DNA from: a virus
Strand: one strand, 5' to 3'
DNA length: 64,000 nucleotides
Virus record (IMG/VR): IMGVR_UViG_3300020159_003728
Coordinates: 2,396-66,395 of that record
Below are positions 8,945 to 17,900 of the stretch, piece by piece. The translations under genes and the position numbers were made by a program. How positions within the stretch are numbered: the first letter of the stretch is position 1; every line of letters begins with the position of its first letter. The notes under the pieces were generated by a model, which saw only the letters and a list, made by a program, of their open reading frames with translations, was not told the DNA's origin and ran no database searches.

Positions 8945-11900
8945 ATGCAAACCACGGATGCTCATATGATCGAAACAAAGGGATACATTTCCGTACCCGC
9001 AATTACGCATATCGAGATCTCACGCCTTCCAAAAGATAAGCGCGTACAGCTTATTCACTACAAGGCGCTAGCATTTAATGCTGACCGCAAAAATGCTGCA
9101 CTTTCGCGCGATACAACTTTCGTTATTGAAACTAAGGGCCTGAAGCCAGATTGGGATCCAGGTCTTGGACCTGGCGGAGGCTGGCGTTGTCCGCAAGGTT
9201 CTCGTTATGGTGGCTACATTACCGACAAATTTGGTCGCGGTTGTGGTGGCGGAATTCTTCGCCGTTTAGGAGATGCACTAGGTCAACTTAACAATAACTT
9301 GGCTTCGACTACGGGCGCAGGATTGGCCGCTACCGGCGAGCGCAGAGATATGCGACGCCTTGCTCGCGCAGCAGCACGGCAGCGTTACCGTGATGATACA
9401 AACCTTGCTCGAAGTTTGTATCCAAGCCTTGGGTCAAGAGCATTAGATCGACTTGGGTTTGGGTACAGGCGAACAACCTATGGTTTGCCGCCATTTTATG
9501 GACCACCTCAGCCAAAGCGGCGGAATCGCGGAGCAAACCCTAATAAGCCCCCGATTGTTACGCGAGTACTTGATAGAACTGGCGATCGCTATAACGACAT
9601 GCTTGATCGCATTCTTTATGGAAAAAATCGTCCAAAGAAAAAGACTCCCAGCAAGCGAACAGTTGTTACTGGCAAAGTTTCACAAAAACGAAAGAAAAAG
9701 AGCCCCACGGCAAAAAAACCTTCAATTATTACTCGGCTTCTCGACAACACTGGCGATAAATACAACACCTTGATTGACCGCGTTCTATATGGTCGCAATA
9801 AGAAAGGTCGTAGTGGTCGGCGCTCAATTCCGCAAGCTACAAAACAGCCAGTTAAAAAAGTAACAACGCCGCGTGCTAAGAAAAAGAAGGCCGTAGTTAA
9901 AAAAGCTACGCCAAAGCCAGTTCTTCCCAAGAAAAAAATTGGCACAGTTGGAAAATTTGATCCAGTATCACTTTCTCCAAAAAATCGCACTCTTCTGGCA
10001 AAACTAGCTCAAGACGATCTTGATGATCTCGAGACATTCTGGCGCAAAATGCTCAATCTTGGCCCTGCCGATCCGCTTGAACAAACAGAGATTGATGATT
10101 TTATTGAAAACAAAATTAAACAGTACAAACCTGGGGATAAATCTGCAGGGGCGTATATTGGTTTCCTTAAGGCTCAATCAAATGATTATCAGGCTCTTAA
10201 AGCATGGAAAGACGAGTATTCAAACGATGCAAACGGTGACGCTTGGATAGGGGAGCTAAATAAACTTGGGCCCACCCGCCGCAAAAAGTTTCTCGACGCT
10301 CTTAATGCCTCTGCCCCACCCAAGAAGAAGGCACCGGCTAAAAAAGTACCGGCCAAGAAAAAGCCCGCTCCAGCTAAACCTGCAGCGAAAAAGCCCGTTG
10401 CTCCAACACCGCAGGCTCCAGCTCCGCAAGCTCCTACGCCAGCTAAGCCTGCCCCAACGCCTAAGCCTGCACCAGCACCTAAGCCCGTCCCAGTGCCGCA
10501 AGTCCCTACACCTAACATCACTCCAGAAGTAGATGAAATTGAGCCAATTGACGATACTCCAGTAGATGTTGATGAAGACGGCAAGCCAGAAACATTACCC
10601 TCATGGCTAAAGCCAGTCGAAGACGATCCAGAAAAAGAACTTCCGCTTCCTTCTTTCTTGCTTCCGAAACCAGAAGAACCAGAGCCAGAAAAGCCTGAGT
10701 TCCCCGCATGGCTGAAGCCCAAGGAGCCAGAAGCAGAAATTGTTCCAGAAGCAGAAATTATTCCGGAACCTGTATCTCCTCTAGAAGCAGAACTAGAAGA
10801 AATTCCGATAGTCGAACCTGAAGTTGCTCAAGAATCTAATGCTGAGTATCTCGAATGGTTGGCCGAACAACAAAAACTTCTGTCGGAAAGCCCTAAGAAG
10901 TCTCCTGAGTTAGATTCGCTTCTTGGTGCAATTAATGTCAAAAACGACGGCTTCTATACGCTTGGAGAATTTGAAGATACTCCTGACGGCATTAATGATG
11001 CGCTCAAGTTTATACAAGACACATCAAAGATAGCCGATGCCCTTAATTACAAGGGCTGGATTGGCCTCTACAAAAATCAAGATACCGGCAAGTTTATTGC
11101 TCGACCAGTTGAGTACATTAATCCGGATGATGTTGACGGTTCGCTTATTCTTGCCAAGAAAGACGAACTTTACGGAACAGTTGATTTAGATAGCTTTTTG
11201 ATCAAGGATTTAATTGGTACTTCACTTCCGGAACCAAAAATCAAAAAAGATAAACCGGAAAAAATATTTGTTCCAGCATCAGTAACAGAGATAGCAATCA
11301 AAACTGCCGGTATTAGCGGTAAAGATTCACGAGATTTGATCAAAGGTCTAATAGCGAAAGCAGAAGAATCAGGCGAAGACCAGGTTTGGGTTGCTTTAAT
11401 CGATGGAAAAAATGCAACATCTTTTCATGGTCCAGTAAGCGAAATCGAAAAAATTGTCAAGAAGTCTTTAAAGGCTAATTTCAAGCAGCAGATTTATTTT
11501 CTAGGCCATGTTTCAGGAAAAGACGGATTTTCTCAATTTGCCCGCGATAGTTATCATTGGTATCAAGAAATAGGCAAACACAATGGTGTACCTCTTAAGT
11601 ACAGGCCAAATCATACATTTGAAATGGATGCTGGTGAACTTGACGATGATGGACCAGACGCGTGGATTACTGCCTTCTTAAATCCAAATTATGACGGCAT
11701 AAAAGAAATGTTTAAACAGAATCCTTCCGCTACTCCTTACCACCTAAGTGGTAACGACAAAGTGGAAATGACTAACGCAGCACTTCTAAATTATCTAGGT
11801 ACTCTACCTGACGGTCATGAAGCATACAAAATCCGTCGTCGCCCGGCTAGCGCATCTAAAAGCCGAATCGCCTTTGCTGAACTACCATGGTTCGGTCACC

Positions 11901-14900
11901 TCGGCAAACAAACTGGCAAGTCAGTTGGTCAAAGGTACAAAGTACTTAAAGATGGATTCTATGACGATCCAATGTTTGGGCCTGATCAAACAAAACTTAC
12001 GGGAATGTTGCATAGTGCACTAGCTGACGCACGAGCACTTGCATATTCACAAAGTAAAGATATGTTCATCATCGATGTGGCACCATCTGATGGTGATCCG
12101 ATAATGAACATTGTTGACCTTGATCGCTTGCAGTTTCTTATTAGTAATGGAAACAAATTTCGCATAATTGCACAAGTCGAACAAACTGGCGGTACATGGA
12201 ACAAGACATATAACATTAGTATTAACTCTGACTACAAAAAAGTTGCGCCAGATACGCCGCTTAAGTTCAGTTCATGGCTTGGCGCACGAAAGGTCGTATC
12301 CCAGAAGCCTCCTGACGACGATGATGAAACTGATCCCGTAGGTGAGGTAAACAAATTTATCAACGGAGTTCTCGGAACTACACTTCCAGAACCAAAACCA
12401 GTAGCAGCATTTAACTTTGTTATCGAAGCAATTGATTCTGGTGATGATGTAGATTCAACAATTCCAGAAGTTGAACCGATATTTGCCACTAAGACTGATG
12501 AAGAACTTGCTGATGTTTTAAACGGTGTTGACACTATTGACTGGTGGAAGGCTAATTCACCGTTCGAAAAATCTGATCTTGATGAATTTGTAATTCAGGC
12601 AAAGCAATCTGCAAAAAATGCCGCTTCTACCGATGGTATCCCAACTGTAAAGAAAGTTGATTCAGCACTCGGAATAGTTAACGAGCAGATAGCAAAACTT
12701 GAAAAAGGTATTCCACTAAATAAAGGAAATGACGCAAAATGGGATACTCTTCGTTCGCTGTTCATTGCTAGAATTCAGAAAAAGCACCTCGAGTATTTGC
12801 GTAAAATTGCCAAAACAAAAGAAGATCTTGATACCACGGCCGGTCTCGCTGCTGCTGACATCGGCTATAAATCACTGCCGGCTGATGTTGCAGTAACCGT
12901 AGATGTTGATCAGGTTCTCAATGATGAGACGATCACCCTTGGCGAAGCACTTGACTTAATTGGCTCAGCAAAACCAATAAAAGAAGTTCTTGAAGAAAAA
13001 CTAAAAACAGCAACCGGAGTTGTTCAGTTTGGGTCTTTGCCCGAACAGATGGAAACATTGACCGGAATACCAATGTCGAATATTGACAATCTAACTACAT
13101 GGAGTGGAGGAAAAACTTCAGCCACACTCGATTCAATATTGGCAGCTTTGCAAAATAATAAGCCAGTGACAACATCGGCTAACAATGAAATAAAAGAATT
13201 AGAATGGGACCTAAACAATCTCGAGTTTGTTGTTAAGGAATTGACCGTTGAGGCGACAAAGGAACTTGAACTCAGAATCAAGGCACAGCTTCAATTGATG
13301 AATGTAAATCTTTTGAACATATTGGCAGAAAAGGGAATTTCGACACCAGCCAAATTTCTTAATAAAGACATGACTGGTGTAAATGGCGATTATTTAAAGT
13401 CACTATCAAACCTTTTCGAATTATCATATGACACATTGGGGACAAATAGTTACATAAGTTGGGCCGCTGCAAATGATGTTCTTGTGATGGCAAAAGAACT
13501 TAAACGGCTGAAAAAAGCGGATCCAAACAAGACAGCTAAGGGAATCTTGTACGCCATTGCCAGTAAACCAGGAGCTAGTGTCCCTGAAATTATTGACCCA
13601 GCTCCACCCGTAGCTAAAAAAATCAAAATGTCACTCAATGATCAAATATCATTTAGCGACATTGGAGCACTAGACCTTGTGGACACCCTTGGCGTCCTTA
13701 TGGATCAGGCCATGGTGAATAAACAACGAATCATGATCTGGGTAACAAATGATTCAGATGAGAAAATTACTATTGGAACATATAAGAAAATTATTGTTGG
13801 AACATACGAAGAGATGAGTGCCAATTGGTCCAATGTAGGGAGCGTTATTGCTGGCGTTATGCCTAATGGCGCAATTTATGTTTCTGCTTCAAGTACGGCA
13901 AATCAATCTAAATGGCTCTCTAAGGTTGGCAAGTACGGCACTGGTGGGTGGGATGTCCCATTGGGTGCGGCATACAAATTCGAAGGCGAAAGTGAATTTG
14001 AAGTACTAGATAAACTCTATGACGCTAAAGACAATCTAATCATTAGCAAGGATACAAATGATGGCGGATGGTCTATTGGGGCCGCTGCTCCTCCAAAATC
14101 AATGTTCACGCCTTCTAAAGATGCTCCGCCGACAACAAACATGGCCGGCTTTGAGTCACCTGACGCAGCAAATTACATATCGCTGCCTGGACGAATTAAA
14201 AAATCACATTCATTAGTTCTGAATAATCTCCCCGAGGCAGCAGAGGCAAATCTCCAAGGTACCCCAATCAAAAATTCGGATTGGGCCAATATTTATGACA
14301 CTGTTATCTCTCCTGGGGTTGATATTCCGCTCCTGGACAGCGAAGATGCTGATTGGTTCAATGCTGCCTTTTTCACAACGGAGAATTTGCGAGACCTGCT
14401 TAATTCTGTTGCAAAATCGGGTGTTCCCGATGGGGCAGAAGTTCACTTTTATGTTGGACCAGAAGGAAAAATATTAGTTCGTGTTCTCCCATACCAACCA
14501 AGTTGGGCTAGTGAAGATGTTGTAACCAAGAAAAAGGGATACAAACTTATTGCTGTTGCCTCACTAGACACGCCATTTCTCGCAAGTGGCAAAAACTCAG
14601 GCGGAGAGCCAGGCATCAATCAATTCTGGATTGCGTCAAATATTGGAGACACTTCCGATTTAGATTACATACCCAATACTCTAAAGACCAACTCAGCAGC
14701 AGAATTTAAAAAATTAGGATTTAAGAGTTGGTCAGATATTAATGGAGGAAATTTTAAAAAAATTGCCCCACTCCTTGATGCTGCCTTAAAAGAAATACTT
14801 CCGTCAGCAGCGGATATACCTTTTGACGATAATACTTTTGAATCAATGACACCAGATTCTGCTCCTCAATGGATTTCCCCAAGTGCTCCTCTGGACATTG

Positions 14901-17900
14901 AAAATACCGTTTATACAATGTTGGATTTTGCAGCGGCAAAGGTATATCAAAACAATATTGGCGTTCCTGTTGGTTCTGATGTTGATTTTGGTGAATACCT
15001 ATGGCTTGTTCAAAAAGCAAACGGTGAAGTTGGCCTAGTTAAAACTTCTGATTTAATTCCACTTGTCACCAAAGGAGTTAGCAAATCAGAACCAGATATT
15101 TATATCCTTGGAGCAGCCGGCGCCATAAATGACGGAACTTCATCTTATCTAAGTAAACTATGGATGGCTTCAGTCCCCATTAATGCTACGATCGTCACTT
15201 CAAAACTTGGGTCTGGTGTCGACTCTGAAGAGATTGTTGACAATCTATCCGGAGGTAAGCCGTTTTCAGGTTGGAGTGGCAACTTTGCAATAATGCAATT
15301 CCCCGCCTCTCTTCTGGGTGCAGCCGATATTGATGGCCACCGAGGGTATGTGTGGGAAGGTGAATTCGACGAATTCCTTAGTGAGGGAGCTAAAGAAGAC
15401 CTTGATGACACAATAAAACACATAAAGGAAGGCATTGCAGGAGAACACGCGCCTAGTGCTGCCGCGTATGTTGGATTTAAACAACTTTATGACGGGTTCA
15501 TGGAAATCGAGTCTTCTAGTTCACTCAGCACTGCGCTTTCAGACTGGGATGGATTTGAGGCAATTCCAGGACCGCTCGCTATTGCTGCCGTTATGGGTCG
15601 TTTATACAACAAAGAAGAGGGCGACAAGCACCCATGGGTAGTTGATGTTTTGGGTGGTGATCCCGGCAAGACACTCTTCTTAGTTCGCAATACAGAGACT
15701 GGTCGCTATCACTTTATGTGGGCCCCACCTGAGTCCCTTGACGCAGAAGGATGGCTATTCAAGCCACATTTGAGCAATGGCATATTTGATCCAAATAACA
15801 GTGATTTAGCCATAAGTAAAGCTGGTACAACAAATATTCCAAAATTCGAAATCGTTGCTCATCGAGTCGGAAACATGACATATTTTGAGTCAGATTTGGG
15901 TTTTGCGCTGCCAGAAAATTCTGAAGAGTGGCGTCGGATTGTTATTGCTGATCCAACTGGAGGCGGGCCGCGCGATCTGTGGGCTCAGAGGTCCATAACT
16001 GGTTCTGAAACTCAGCCGCCGTTATCTTTATATAAGCTGCCAAACTTTACTGATGCTCAAATTGCAACCGGAGCTCCAGATGTTTCCTTGATGCCATTGC
16101 TGCATAAGTATAAGTTTGGCTACAAACCAACAGACAGTTTGCCGGTTGCGAAAATTCAAACCGCCAAAACAGTTCCTCCTAGCAAGAAAGTTCTTTTATC
16201 GGATATTGCTGATGGTATTAATAGTGGAGAACTTCAGATCGGCGTAGGAGATCCCGTCTCATTTAATGATGTTTCAGATGGATCCCCAATGAGCGAAATT
16301 GCCAAGGTGCTTAATATTGCCCTACGAAGAACTGGTTTTTACAATAGTGTCTCAAAGGACACGAAAATTTTAGTTCCTTCAATGGGTGTATGGGAAAATA
16401 TTTCTGATCATATCACCGTTGCAATTCCGGCAATCTCCGCACTGATGCGTCACATGTTGCAAAATGGAATCAGTGTCACTGATTTAATGCCATCGATTAG
16501 TAATTTGTATCAGCTAGATATAGCCAAGAAAGAAGATAGTTCATTTGGGCTAATGACTCACGGAGTTCTTTCGAAATTAGCAGTCGCTATTGCAAATGAT
16601 CCTGATTTTAAATTTGAATTCACAGACCCAACAAAGTTCACACTTGAAAAGATACTGAGTTATTTTAAACCTACGCAAGATGGTAGCTTTTTTATTGAGT
16701 CTTCAGAGGGCCCGTTTGATACTTCTCCTGCCGGCCTGGTAGTTCTCGCTAAATTACTAGCTAGGGAAATTCATGTTGCTTCTTTTGGGCACGATGTTGA
16801 TTTGTCTCAAATTAAGCAGATGATCGATCCGCCGCTAATTTCGTCTACTGGTGAACCATACCCCAAAAATTCATTTAACTACGACACTGTATTTAGACAT
16901 GGATTTAATGACTTAGATAATGGTTCCATTGACCAAAGTGACACCATAGAAGTGTCAGAGCATATTGATGGACTAATCAGTCATGAGTTTGATTTACTTT
17001 CTACATCACTAAATGAATTTGCAGAGGCTGGATTCCCTACATTGGCTAGTTCGCCAGCATTACAACTTCAGACACTTGGTGCGCGCCGAACATCAATTGC
17101 GATGGTGCGACAGCTCATGGGAATGATCATAGATGCTGAAAACGAGCATGATCATAAGCGCGCTAAGCAACTACGAGCTATTGGTGATCAATACATAAAG
17201 CTTTCTCCAATGATTGGCGCTCTCCCAGAACCAATTCGCGCTCGCTTCAATCAATTTTTTAAAACTGGCGGATTCCCACCAGCGCCAAAACTCGCTAAAG
17301 TTCTCGGCCATAAGTCTGGAAGCATCGTTCCGAAGCATGGTGGTTTCGACGGTACCGCACTTGGCTCGGTATCAGCAAACGGCAAGGCTATTGCTCCTCA
17401 TGTTGGGGCCTCGGCGCTCCTTCAGTCAGTAGAAGATGCAACAGCTCATCTTGCTAATGGCGGCTCTTTGGCGGAAGTGCCAGACATGTTCTTGCTTGCA
17501 GCAATTAAGGAAAACATTCAATCTACTGACGGTGATGGCAAACGCTTCAGGATCGATAAAAGCATCTCAGAAGGATACAATAAGGGCACTTTTGGTGTAA
17601 TTGATACTTTGTCACCGCTCGTTCACAGTGATGGTCCGAATGCCTTTAGGCGTTACATCATCAAAGATGCTCATCGCAATGCGGCAGAACATCTTCAGGA
17701 GATACTCGGTAGTGCCATCGAACATGAATTATCTATTCCTGCACTAGGCCATCGCATTGCCGGTCCAATGAAGATGAAGAAAGACAAGAATGGCGTTTCT
17801 CAAATTCAACGCCCCATTGTCATGGAGCATATTGCAAACCTCTTTGACAAGCCAGGCTGGACGGTTGTGGGCCACACGACAGACTTGCCTGCCGGAACAA

